From Octopus vulgaris (lineage: Eukaryota): 64,000 nucleotides of DNA. The position numbers and the translations under genes were made by a program. Each line of letters starts with the position of its first letter. Position 1 is the stretch's first letter. The notes beneath the pieces were generated by a model that was not told where the DNA came from, searched no databases, and saw only the letters and a list, made by a program, of their open reading frames with translations. Of the stretch, positions 1 to 11,790 are shown one piece after another. The stretch lies in NCBI GenBank assembly GCA_951406725.2, contig OX597818.1, positions 71,176,001 through 71,240,000 on the forward strand, in the 5' to 3' direction.

Positions 1-210
1 ACCAAATGGCGGTGCCACAGCTCGTGAGCTGAAACTATATAAAATTAAAATGAAATAAAATATATTCCAAGAAAACTGAAGGAAGGTAAAATATGCCCTA
101 TTCATAAAGGAGGTAGCAGAGCGGAAGGCCAAGAACTACAGACCTATCTGTAAAATCATGTAAGAACACAAAATGGCGGTGCCCCAGCATAATAAAATAA
201 AATAAAAAAT
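1..210 (+). mobile_element. LINE family A fragments: 3' end and tail, 85-bp internal ORF2 piece, second 3' end and tail
   Basis: 1-37 and 150-190 match the family A 3' terminus (ggcggtgcc...); 66-149 matches ORF2 (KLKEGKICPIHKGGSRAE). Confidence 0.8.
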
Positions 211-432
211 AAATATATATATATATATATATATAAACATGTGCATATATATGTACATATATATATATATTATACATACATATATATGTACATATATATA
301 TATATTATACATACATATATATGTACATAGATAGATATATAGATATATGTATATATACATATATATATACATATATATATATACATACATATATATATAC
401 ATAAATATATACATATATATATATATACATAC

Positions 433-493
<61 letters not shown>

Positions 494-526
494 ATATATA
501 TATACATACATATGTATGATTTTGAT
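211..526. repeat. (TA)n/(TACA)n microsatellite
   Basis: Directly visible. Confidence 0.95.
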
Positions 527-2424
527 TTTTGATTTTTGATTTTTCCAGCTTCAGCTCATGAGCTGTGGCCATGCTGGGGCACCGCCATTTGGTTTGCTAC
601 ATGGTTTTACTTCACAAATGCTTTTTAGCAACTGCCATTTGGTGCATGAGAGAGTTCGATGCAGCTGCCCTCATCTGCACCTCTTGCCGTGAAGTTGGTT
701 CATCTGGGATACCTGACAAGAAGAGATCCAGTTTCATTTTATAGACATCTGCATCCACCCCATGCAGGTCTCTTAGGTTCGTTGGGAGGATATTGAAGAG
801 CTGTGGGCCTCTGAAGCCCAGGCTATCTTGTCCTACATCTTGATGGCAAATTTGGAGTCCTTGGTACTACGCAGTGGCGTCCGGTTCTGGCATTTGTGTA
901 ACTCTCGATGCCAAAGTTTTGGACAGGTCCTTCCAGATATATATTATGGCATATCTTTCTCGCCTACGCTCCAGGGAATAGAGCTTTAATCTCTTGAGTC
1001 TTTCCCAGTAGCTTATATGCTGCACAGAGGCTATCTTCTTCGTGTAGCTTCGTTGGATCGCCTCAAGTTCTGTGATCAACTTGACACTGGATGGTGACCA
1101 TAGCTGAGAGCAATAGTCAAAGTGGCTTAGGACAAGTGTCTTCCAGAGGACCATCATGGTTTCTTGTTCTCTTGTTCTAAAGGTTCTAAGAATCTATCCG
1201 GCCAGCCGTCTACATTTCATTGCCAGTTTAGCAACATGTACATGAAAGGTCGCGTCATCACTCATGTAAATACCCAGGTCACGCACTGATTGTGCCTCTG
1301 GGATTGCAATCCCTCCGGGTCCAGTGTATTCATTGGGTATTGCATTCAATTTTGCATGCTGATAGCATAAAGCTTGAAACTTTTCAGCATTGAACTGCAT
1401 GCTATTCTTTTCAGCCCACTTGTATATTTTGTCCAGCTCACATTGCAGGTGCTTAGTGTCTTCAGGGTTTTGTATTGCCTGTGAAACTTTTGTATCATCT
1501 GCATAACTTGTGATCGTGGCTCTCTGCGTGGCTGAGGGCATGTCTGAGAGGGCCATTATGAACAGTAGTGGTCCCAAAACAGTGCCCTGCGGAACACCGC
1601 TCACTATTTGCGTGTTAATGGAAGTGGCCCCATTGGCTACTACCACCTGACTTCTATTCTTCAGAAAGTCATGAAGCCATTCTCCCAATTTTCCAACTAT
1701 GCCAAGATCACGCAGTTTGTGACATATCATTCCATGATCGACTTTATCAAAGGCCTTTGCAAAGTCGAGATATATGACTTCCACATTTGAGTGGTTGAGC
1801 AGTCGTTTCAGCACCCAGTCATAGTGTTGTAGGAGCTGAGTTAAGCAGCTTCTTCCTGGTCGGAAACCATGTTGGGTGTCAGGCAGCAAGTCATTTTCTT
1901 CAAGGAAGGTGATTAGTTTCCTTCTGACTATTCGTTCCATGACCTTGCTGATGAGTGAGGTCAGAGAGATAGGTCTGTAGTTCTTGGCCTCCGCTCTGCT
2001 ACCTCCTTTATGAATAGGGCATATTTTACCTTCCTTCAGTTTTCTTGGAAGTTTGCCAGTTGCAAGGAAGCTCTGAAAGAGAGACTGCAGTGGTCTTGCT
2101 AGGACTCTCTTACATACTTTTAGAAGGATTGCCGGGAATCCATCGGGGCCAGTAGCTGAGTTTCTTTTCATCTCATCTATAGCCTTTATTACATCGTCTT
2201 CCTTTATATTGATGTAATCAATCATCTGACCCCATATCTGCAGTGGTGAAGAAGTCAGTTGGATTGGTGATTTGGAAATGCCCAAGGGGTGGGGTGAAAA
2301 CACTCTTGAATTGCTCATTTAGTATTTCACTTACCCTCATTGGATTTCCTGTGAGTGTGCCATCCCTTTCAAGGAGTGGCCCTATCCTACAGTGCACCGT
2401 AGCTGTTTCTTTGGCATACCTGTA
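527..2424 (-). mobile_element. 5'-truncated LINE family A copy (APE-RT, CR1/L2/Proto2-like group) with (AAAATC)n tail
   Basis: ORFs 1194-2318 and 867-1157 carry RT motifs QHGFRPGRS, YLDFAKAFDKV, GVPQGTVLGP, YADD; frameshifted; 3' motif at ~547-590. Confidence 0.93.
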
Positions 2425-4607
2425 ATGCAAGCCATACGCTACAAATGTGTCCCAGAGAGAAAGGCCACTGTACACAAGAACAATATCCCCAAAGAGAGGA
2501 AAATTTTAATGAGACGGCGTACAAAAATTTCAAATCGCCTAAACAAACAAATTGAAAGCAGTGAAAAGTCCCGCCTGAAAATTAAACTGTTGGAAATTGA
2601 AAAATGTCTGCAACTCTCCCATGAAAAGGAAAGAGCAGACAAAGAAGCCTGGGCTATAGACAACATAAAATCTAACCCCAGAGCTTTCTACAGGTATGCC
2701 AAAGAAACAGCTACGGTGCACTGTAGCATAGGGCCACTCCTTGAAAGGGATGGCACATTCTCAGGAAAACCAATGAGGGTAAGTGAAATACTGAATGAGC
2801 AATTCAAGAGTGTTTTCACTCCACCCCTTGGGCATTTCCAAATCACCAATCCACCTGACTTCTTTACCACTGCAGATATAAAATTAGAGGCGGCAACGAT
2901 TGATTACATCGATATAAAGGAAGACGATGTAATAAAGGCTATAGATGAAATGAAAACAGACTCAGCTACTGGCCCCGATGGATTCCCGGCAATCCTCCTA
3001 AAAGTATGTAAGAGAGTCCTAGCAAGACCACTGCAGTTCCTCTTTCAGAGCTTCCTTGAGCTGGCAAACTTCCAAGAAGACTGAAGGAAGGTAAAATATG
3101 CCCTATTCATAAAGGAGGTAGCAGAGCGGAGGCCAAGAACTACAGACCTATCTCTCTGACCTCACTCATCAGCAAGGTCATGGAACGAATAGTCAGAAGG
3201 AAACTGATCACCTTCCTTGAAGAAAATGACTTGCTGCCTGACACCCAACATGGTTTCCGACCAGGAAGAAGCTGCTTAACTCAGCTCCTACAACACTATG
3301 ACTGGGTGCTGAAACGACTGCTCAACCACTCAAATGTGGAAGTCATATATCTCGACTTTGCAAAGGCCTTTGATAAAGTCGATCATGGAATGATATGTCA
3401 CAAACTGCGTGATCTTGGCATAGTTGGAAAATTGGGAGAATGGCTTCATGACTTTCTGAAGAATAGAAGTCAGGTGGTAGTAGCCAATGGGGCCACTTCC
3501 ATTAACACGCAAATAGTGATCGGTGTTCCGCAGGGCACTGTTTTGGGACCACTACTGTTCATAATGGCCCTCTCAGACATGCCCTCAGCCACGCAGAGAG
3601 CCACGATCACAAGTTATGCAGATGATACAAAAGTTTCACAGGCAATACAGAACCCTGAGGACACTAAACACCTACAATGTGAGCTGGACAAAATATACAA
3701 GTGGGCTGAAAAGAATAGCATGCAGTTCAATGCTGAAAAGTTTCAAGCTTTATGCTATCAGCATGCAAAACTGAATGCAATACCCAATGAATACACTGGA
3801 CCCATAGGGATTGCAATCCCAGAGGCACAATCAGTGCGTGACCTGGGTATTTACATGAGTGATGACGTAACCTTTCATGTACATGTTGCTAAATTGGCAA
3901 TGAAATGTAGACTGGCCGGATGGATTCTCAGAACCTTTAGAACAAGAGAACAAGAAACCATGATGGTCCTCTGGAAGACACTTGTCCTAAGCCCCTTTGA
4001 CTATTGCTCTCAGCTATGGTCACCATCCAGTGTCAAGTTGATCACAGAACTTGAGGCGATCCAACGTAGCTACACGAAGAAGATAGCCTCTGTGCAGCAT
4101 ATAAGCTACTGGGAAAGACTCAAGAGATTAAAACTCTATTCCTTGGAGCGTAGGCGAGAAAGATATGCCATAATATACATCTGGAAGGACTTGTCCCAAA
4201 CTTTGGCATCGAGAGTTACACAAATGCCAGAACTAGGTGCAACTCTGTTGTGCCTTGGACTCCAAATTTGCCATCAAGATGTAGGACAAGATACTGTGAT
4301 AGCCTGGGCTTCAGAGGCCCACAGCTCTTCAATATCCTCCTGAAGAACCTAAGAGACCTACATGGGGTGGATGCAGATGTCTATAAAATGAAACTGGATC
4401 TCTTCTTGTCAGGTATCCCAGATGAACCAACTTCACGGCAGGAGGTGCAGATGAGGCCACTGCATCGAACTCTCTCATGCACCAAATGGCAGTTGCTAAA
4501 AAGCATTCGTGAAGTAAAACCATGTAGCAACACCACATGGCGGTGCCCCAGCATGGCCACAGCTCGTGAGCTGAAACTAGAATCAATCAATCAATCAATC
4601 AATCAAT
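2420..4607 (+). mobile_element. 5'-truncated LINE family A copy with (AATC)n tail, head-to-head with the preceding copy
   Basis: ORFs 2392-3084, 3180-4343 (RT, YADD) and 4250-; 3' motif 4539-4577; tail 4581-4607. Confidence 0.93.
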
Positions 4608-4621
4608 ATATATATATACAC

Positions 4622-4688
<67 letters not shown>

Positions 4689-4938
4689 CATATACATATA
4701 TATACATATATATACATATACATATATATATACATATATACATACATATATATATATATACATATATATACATATACATATATATATATACATATATATA
4801 CATACATATATATATATATATATAATATATATATACACATATATATATATACACATATATATATATACATATATATATACACATATATATATATATATAC
4901 ACACACATATATATATACATATATATACACATATATTT

Positions 4939-4987
<49 letters not shown>

Positions 4988-5245
4988 TATACACACACAT
5001 ATATATATACATATATATATACACATATATATACACATATATACATACATATATATATACACATACATATATATATACATATATACATATATATATACAT
5101 ATATATATATATACATATATATATATGTGTATATATATGTGTATATATATATGTATATATATATGTGTATATATATATGTGTATATATATATATGTGTGT
5201 ATATATATATGTATATATATATTGATAAAACGGTAAGATATACAC

Positions 5246-5293
<48 letters not shown>

Positions 5294-5402
5294 ATACATA
5301 TACATATATACATATACATATACATATATACATATACATATACATATATATATACATATACATATATATATATACATATACATATATATATATACATATA
5401 TA
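4608..5402. repeat. Compound (TA)/(CA)/(TACA) microsatellite
   Basis: Directly visible. Confidence 0.9.
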
Positions 5403-5812
5403 TGTAGTGATGTTACTGTGTAGGGTTCGGCGCGCATGCGCAGAATGGGACTACTTCCGGGTGGCCACCGGAAGTCTTCCCCATGCGCATGTGCGGGAAA
5501 CGACCCCGAAGGCCCGCTAAACTCGATTCTCTCTCTCTGGCAGACAGCCAACGCGAACAGACGTGCATTTCGTAGACACTGATAACCTCACCGACTTAGC
5601 CGCCAACGACATCGAACCACTTCAACAAACGAACAAGAAGCTGTCCATCAGAGGCTGTCCTTCTCCCATCAGATATACGTACGCCATCGCAATTAATAAA
5701 CAAACTGCTGTCTTTCACCGATACCTGACTTCGTCTGTTATGTCTTACTAAATTGTATGTGACGGGATCGGATCGACACCCTTTCAGTGAAATTGATACA
5801 GATCCTGTTACA
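5403..5812 (+). repeat. 5' LTR (410 bp)
   Basis: Starts TGTAGT, ends GTTACA; AATAAA at 5695-5700; near-identical to 10269-10676. Confidence 0.95.
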
Positions 5813-5814
5813 AT

Positions 5815-5824
5815 TGGTGACCCC
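5815..5824 (+). promoter_or_regulatory. Primer-binding site complementary to the tRNA-Trp 3' end
   Basis: TGGTGACCCC 2 nt after the LTR. Confidence 0.75.
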
Positions 5825-6194
5825 AAGTTAAAAAAAAAAAAAGAACAGAAGACGCAGCGAAAAGGTTTTGCCAGATAGAGCACTGAACATTCATTTTTCA
5901 TTTTTCTTTTCCTTTTCAGGACGGCGAGGTGGATACAAACAAAAGCTTTATTCATCGAACTCAGTACACTGAAAAAAAAAAAAAAGAAAACACACACATT
6001 ATTTTTTTTCTTTTCTGTACCTTGTTTTCCTTTGTGCACACACACACTTATTTTTTACTACCCACGAGGTACACTCACACACACACCAGTACACAAAACA
6101 CCATTTTGATTTGCTTTGTCGGTTCCACGTGTTCTCTCTCCATTTCTCCTTCATACCTTCTGCCCCTCCTTACAGACGATCCTTCCGAAAAAAC

Positions 6195-6939
6195 ATGGCT
6201 GCATCAGGTTTGCCTTCATTCACGGGGGATTCGGGTCTGTGGCTTGCGCAGGTGGAATCCCATTTTGCCGCGCATGCCATTTCTCCACAGCAGCAGTTAC
6301 ATCTGCTGTACTCAAGTTTGCCCTCCCGGCTCGCCACATCGGTGAGGGATCTCATTATGAGTCCCCACCCTGACGCCACATATGCGTCAGTAAAGGCAGA
6401 GATCCTCCGCCGCAACACGCGGTCGGAGGAGAGTCAGTTCAATGAGCTGATGGCCGACGAGCAGTTGGGGGACAGAACTCCATCCCAGTTCCTGCGCCAT
6501 CTAAGGGAGCTCAGCGGCAACGCAGCGGACGCGCCGCTCTTACGAAAAATATTTTTTCCAGGCTGCCTGCCCACGTGCAGACAATGTTGGCCACGGCACT
6601 GGAGTCTGTGTCTGTGGACCAGATCGCCACGATGGCCGACAAAGTATTAGAGTTTTCGCGACCATCTCCCTCGCGGGGCCTGTACGCATGTACAGAGCCC
6701 CCTCTGACACCTCCGACGAACGATAAACTAGCCGAGAAGATCGATGCGCTTACGCAGAGAATCGATGATCTGTGCCGTTCGATCGGGCGCCAACCTCGCA
6801 GTCGTAGTCGCAATAGCTCTATTTCCCGTAGTCGGAGTGACTCTGTTTCTCGTTCCGGCTGGTGCTGGTACCATTCAAAGTATGCCGAAAGGTAGATCAG
6901 TGTACCCAGCCGTGCACTTTCAAGCCCTCGGAAAACTAA
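6195..6939 (+). pseudogene. gag: Gag, with two 1-nt frameshifts (~6555, ~6890)
   Basis: LPSFTGDSGLWLAQVESHF...LGDRTPSQFLRHLR; reconstructed C-terminus CWYHSKY..QCTQPC; TAA 6937-6939 after GGAAAAC. Confidence 0.85.
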
Positions 6940-9900
6940 ATCTGGAGGAGGTGAGCACCTCACCTTCTTCCATCTCGTTTCCCAAAAATCGTGCATTCTT
7001 TGTAAAAGATCTGGTGTCGAAGAAATTCTTCATGGTGGACACCGGCTCTTGTTGCAGCATCTGGCCCCTTCGTCTGGCTGCAGACAAGCCCAAGCGCTCT
7101 TTAATTGTCTTGCATGCTATTGACTCGTCTCCCATAACCACTTACGGTCAGATTTCGCTGCGCCTCGACATCAACCTTCGTCGAGATTTTCAATGGGTTT
7201 TCGTCATCGCTGACATCCCGCATCCTATTCTCGGCACTGATTTCCTGGATAGGTTTAATCTATTGGTGGATGTCAGGCGTCGGAGGCTTCTTGATAGCAC
7301 GACGTCGCTCTCTACACCGACTGGGAGTTCCACCACTGCGGTCCTTAGCCCGACATTCTTTGTTGCCACCTCTGGAGACCCTTTTCACTCTCTTTTGGTT
7401 TCATTTCCGGAGCTAGTGGACATTGCCTTTAAACCGGAAACGCCTACCCACTCGACACTCCATTTTATCACCACCACTGGGCCGCCTGTATTTTCGCGCC
7501 CACGGCGCCTTGCGCCCGACCGACTAAAAACGGCCAGGGCCGAGTTTGAGCACGTGCTTCAACTTGGCCTTATACGCCCCTCCACCAGCCCATGGGCATC
7601 TCCCCTTCATTTGGCGCGAAAGGGCGAGTCTGATTTTCGCCCGGTTGGAGACTATCGACGCCTCAATGCCGTAACAATAGCCGACAGATATCCGATCAGA
7701 AATCTCCAGGACTTTACGGCAAATCTCCATGGTTGTACCATTTTTTCGAAGGTCGACCTTATACGCGCGTACCATCAAATACCGGTCAACCCAGCCGACA
7801 TTCCGAAAACTGCGATCACTACCCCCTTTGGGTGTTTTGAGTTTTTGTATATGAGTTTCGGTTTGTGGAATGCTACTAGCACTTTCCAGCGTTTCATTGA
7901 TGAGGTTGTCCGCGGTCTTGATTTTGTGTTTGCCTATGTCGATGATATACTCATTGCGAGCGACACACGTGAAAATCATCTCCAGCACCTTTCTCAGCTT
8001 TTTCAGCGTCTTCGCGCTTATAGTATACGTATAAATCCCGACAAGTGTGTTTTCGGACGCTCTTCCCTAGATTTTCTAGGCCATCATATTGATTCGAGTG
8101 GAATCAGCCCTCTCTCGTCAAAAGTCGATGCCATTCAACGCATCGCACCCCCCACTTCCTTGCGCCAGCTCAGGCATTATCTAGGGATGATCAATTTCTA
8201 CAGACGTTTTATTCCCGGTTGTGCAGATAAGCTACTACCTCTCACCAGGCTATTAAAGGACACTCCTAGAAAGGACAGTCAAGTCACCCTCTCTGTTGAG
8301 GCAGTGACAGCCTTTGAGTCCATTAAGAAGGAGCTGGCTTCTGTTTCTTTGCTTGCACATCCAGTTCCTGGTGCTTCTCTCTCTCTTTGACTGTAGACGC
8401 ATCGGACACTGCGATTGGCGCTGTGTTACAACACACAGTGGATGATCATATTCGACCTCTGGCTTTCTTTTCCCGTCAACTGCAACCAGCTGAACGACGA
8501 TACAGCACCTTTGATCGTGAACTCCTAGCGATCTATCTATCGGTTCGTCATTTCCAGCATCAACTTGAAGGGCGAGATTTTGTGATCTATACGGATCACA
8601 AGCCCCTTACGTTTGCCCTGTGTTCAAAAACGGACAAACTCTCACCTCGTGCTTTCCGGCACCTGGATCTTATCTCTCAATTCACTAGTAACATTCGACA
8701 CATACCTGGAAAAGAGAACGTTCCTGCTGACGCTCTCTCTCTCGCCTTCCAGTCTGCGCCCTTTCGTCTCCTGCTGCTATCGACTTAGCTGCCATCTCGC
8801 AGGAGCAGCCACCTTTGGCGTCGTTAGACTTAACTTCTCCCAAGTTCTCCTGTTGCCAGTTTTCCTACCTTCCGCTTCCGTCAGCCGAAGGCACCATTCT
8901 TTGTGATACTGCCACTGGTTCTCCCAGGCCACTCGTGCCTGAGAACCATCAACGCTCAGTGTTTGAAGCACTGCACTCCGTATCACATCCTGGCATGGCT
9001 GCCACCCTTAACCTAATCACTGCTCGGTTTTTCTGGCCGAATATGCGTCGCACTATTACTTCTTGGACACGCACCTGCTCCAAGTGTCAACGGTCCAAGA
9101 TTCAACGGCACGTTCGTGCCCCGCTTGGACAATTTCCCCCCACGGAGGCCCGTTTTCGCCATGTCCACATCGATCTGGTTGGACCATGGCCTGTGAGTCG
9201 CGGGTTTTCTTATCTGTTAACTTGTGTCGATCGCTTCTCCCGCTGGCCAGAAGCCATTCCGATAGCAGACATTTCTGCTGAGACTGTTGCGCGAACTTTC
9301 GTTTCAAACTGGATTTCTCGCTTCGGAGTCCCGTCCCGATTGACAACTGATCGTGGACGTCAGTTTGAAGCCTCGCTATTTCGCGAATTGTCGCGAATTT
9401 TAAGTGTGCACCATATCCACACCACTAGCTACCATCCAGCGTCTAATGGATTAGTTGAGCGGTTCCATAGACAGCTCAAGGCTGCTCTTCGTGCCTCTTC
9501 AGATCCACAGTCTTGGATTGAATTTCTGCCCATTGTGCTCCTCGGTTGTCGGACTGCTGTCAAGGCAGACCTGGGGTTTTCTGCTGCAGAGCTGCTGTAT
9601 GGTACCACACTGGCATTGCCTGGTACGATGTTGGTGCTAGACACTTCCCAGTCCCATGATCCGGCGACTTATGTCACCAGACTGCGTGCATATTTTTCGA
9701 ACCTTCCACCCATGGTTCCCAGGAAGCAATCTCCACCATCCCATCTTCCACAGGATATGGAAACTTGGTCGCATGTTTTTGTTCGGGACGACTCTGTGAA
9801 GGGGCCACTTGTTTCTCCCTATAAAGGACCTTTCCGTGTGCTTTCTCGCACACCAAAGGTTTTCACTATTGAGATAAATGGTCGTTCGGAGACCGTTTCC

Positions 9901-10134
9901 GTGGACCGATTAAAAAAAGCGTATTTTGAGACGTCTTCATCTTTTGATGACAACCTTGACACACCCACCTATGCACCTTTAACAACACCTTCACCTGCAC
10001 AGACGCCTTTGCCTTCACCGGCTCCTACAACACCACCCTCGCCGTCAACGGGTGCCCCGAGCACACCGTATGTTACACGATCGGGCAGAACAGTGCATTG
10101 GCCCAAGAAACTTTCAAAGACAATCTATATTTAA
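6930..10134 (+). pseudogene. pol: Pol (protease, RT, RNase H, integrase), with two frameshifts in (CT)n runs
   Basis: VDTGS protease; YVDD RT; DAS/YSTFDRELLA RNase H; [32 protein letters not shown] integrase; YKGPF. Confidence 0.92.
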
Positions 10135-10256
10135 CTTTCTTTCAAATTTTTCTTGTTTTGTATGATATTATGTACCAAGTCTTCTGGGGGATCGGCAAGC
10201 CATCTGTTTTTCTGCAGCACCACCACAAATTTTCTTGTTGTCGTACTTTCGCACTC

Positions 10257-10265
10257 GAGGGGGAG
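10257..10265 (+). promoter_or_regulatory. Polypurine tract
   Basis: GAGGGGGAG just 5' of the 3' LTR. Confidence 0.75.
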
Positions 10266-10268
10266 CCC

Positions 10269-10676
10269 TGTAGTGATGCTACTGTGTAGGGTTCGGCGCG
10301 CATGCGCAGAATGGGACTACTTCCGGGTGGCCACCGGAAGTCTTCCCCATGCGCATGTGCGGGAAACGACCCCGAAGGCCCGCTAAACTCGATTCTCTCT
10401 CTGGCAGACAGCCAACGCGAACAGACGTGCATTTCGTAGACACTGATAACCTCACCGACTTAGCCGCCAACGACATCGAACCACTTCAACAAACGAACAA
10501 GAAGCTGTCCATCAGAGGCTGTCCTTCTCCCATCAGATATACGTACGCCATCGCAATTAATAAACAAACTGCTGTCTTTCACCGATACCTGACTTCGTCT
10601 GTTATGTCTTACTAAATTGTATGTGACGGGATCGGATCGACACCCTTTCAGTGAAATTGATACAGATCCTGTTACA
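10269..10676 (+). repeat. 3' LTR (408 bp)
   Basis: Differs from the 5' LTR by one substitution and one CT unit, as far as seen by eye. Confidence 0.95.
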
Positions 10677-10692
10677 TATATATATACATAAC

Positions 10693-10731
<39 letters not shown>

Positions 10732-10787
10732 ATACATATACATATATATATACCTATACATATATATATACATATACATATATATAC

Positions 10788-10846
<59 letters not shown>

Positions 10847-10850
10847 CATA

Positions 10851-11790
10851 TTGACTTCCGGCTTCGTAGAGTAAACATGTGTTGCTTTGCCCTGTGATAA
10901 AAAAACAAGAAGGTTTGCATAAATCGACGAAATAATAGGCGAAAACTCATAAAAAACGTAGAAATTGTTACCTTATAGACGTGTACTCGGATATTTTGGT
11001 TAAAGACCGCAATATATTTTGCTACAAGTCAAGTATAGTACACTAAAGTTTAGCAACGCACGCCAGATTTCCCTGTCGAAATAAGCACGTGGTGAAATCT
11101 TCTAAATTTATTTCCAGTCGACTCTAACAGCAAAAAGAACCGTTTTTCTTTTCTTTTTTTGAAAAAAACCTCTTCGTATACCTCTTATAAGATAAGTACC
11201 CCTTTTCATTCATTCATTTTCCCGTAATTCAATGTAAGGTCTCTGTTTACATTCTGTAATAATCTATCGTTAACTCCGTTACATCTATTTTTTATATATT
11301 TATTTATTACTCTGTTTATATATGTGTATGCGCACATGTGTGTATATATTTGTATATATATGTGTATATATATGTATATATATATATGTGTGAATATATA
11401 TGTATGTGTGTGTGTTAGAAGTATAGTCGCAATTAGCTTAGATTAGAAGAAATTGTCTGTAGCGACGGACAGATATATATTTTCTTTTTCTATTTTCTCT
11501 GTTTACATTCTGTAATAATCTCTTGGCTTGTTTTTTTAGCTCTTTTATTTTCTTTATATACTTATTTGTCATTTTTCTTTATATATGTGTATGTGCACAC
11601 GTGTGTATATATGTGTATGTATATATATATATGTATACATATGAATATGTGTGTGTGCAATTAGTTTCGTTTAGAAATTGTCTGCGGACAGATATACTGT
11701 ATATATTCTTTTTCTATCACTTCTTTCTAGCTCTGTCTCTTCCCTTCTTTCCCTCACGCATTTCCATGTCTCATCATTACTCTCTTCTTT
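10851..11790 (+). promoter_or_regulatory. Putative 5' leader/internal promoter of LINE family A
   Basis: Begins abruptly after (TA)n with ACTTCCGG; relatively CpG-rich; internal duplication 11260-11480/11497-11710; grades into the satellite. Confidence 0.4.

Larger units (their letters stand above)
5403..10676 (+). mobile_element. Full-length Ty3/Gypsy LTR retrotransposon, CsRn1/Kabuki-like
   Basis: TG...CA LTRs; tRNA-Trp-type PBS; PPT; gag with CHCC-type box; PR-RT-RH-IN order; TATA on both flanks (TSD length ambiguous in TA tract). Confidence 0.95.

Noticed and set aside
136-572. YI-rich ORFs here and at 4595-5551, 26151-27770, 42445-44152, 49453-50150
   Set aside because: Translations of TA/CA microsatellites.
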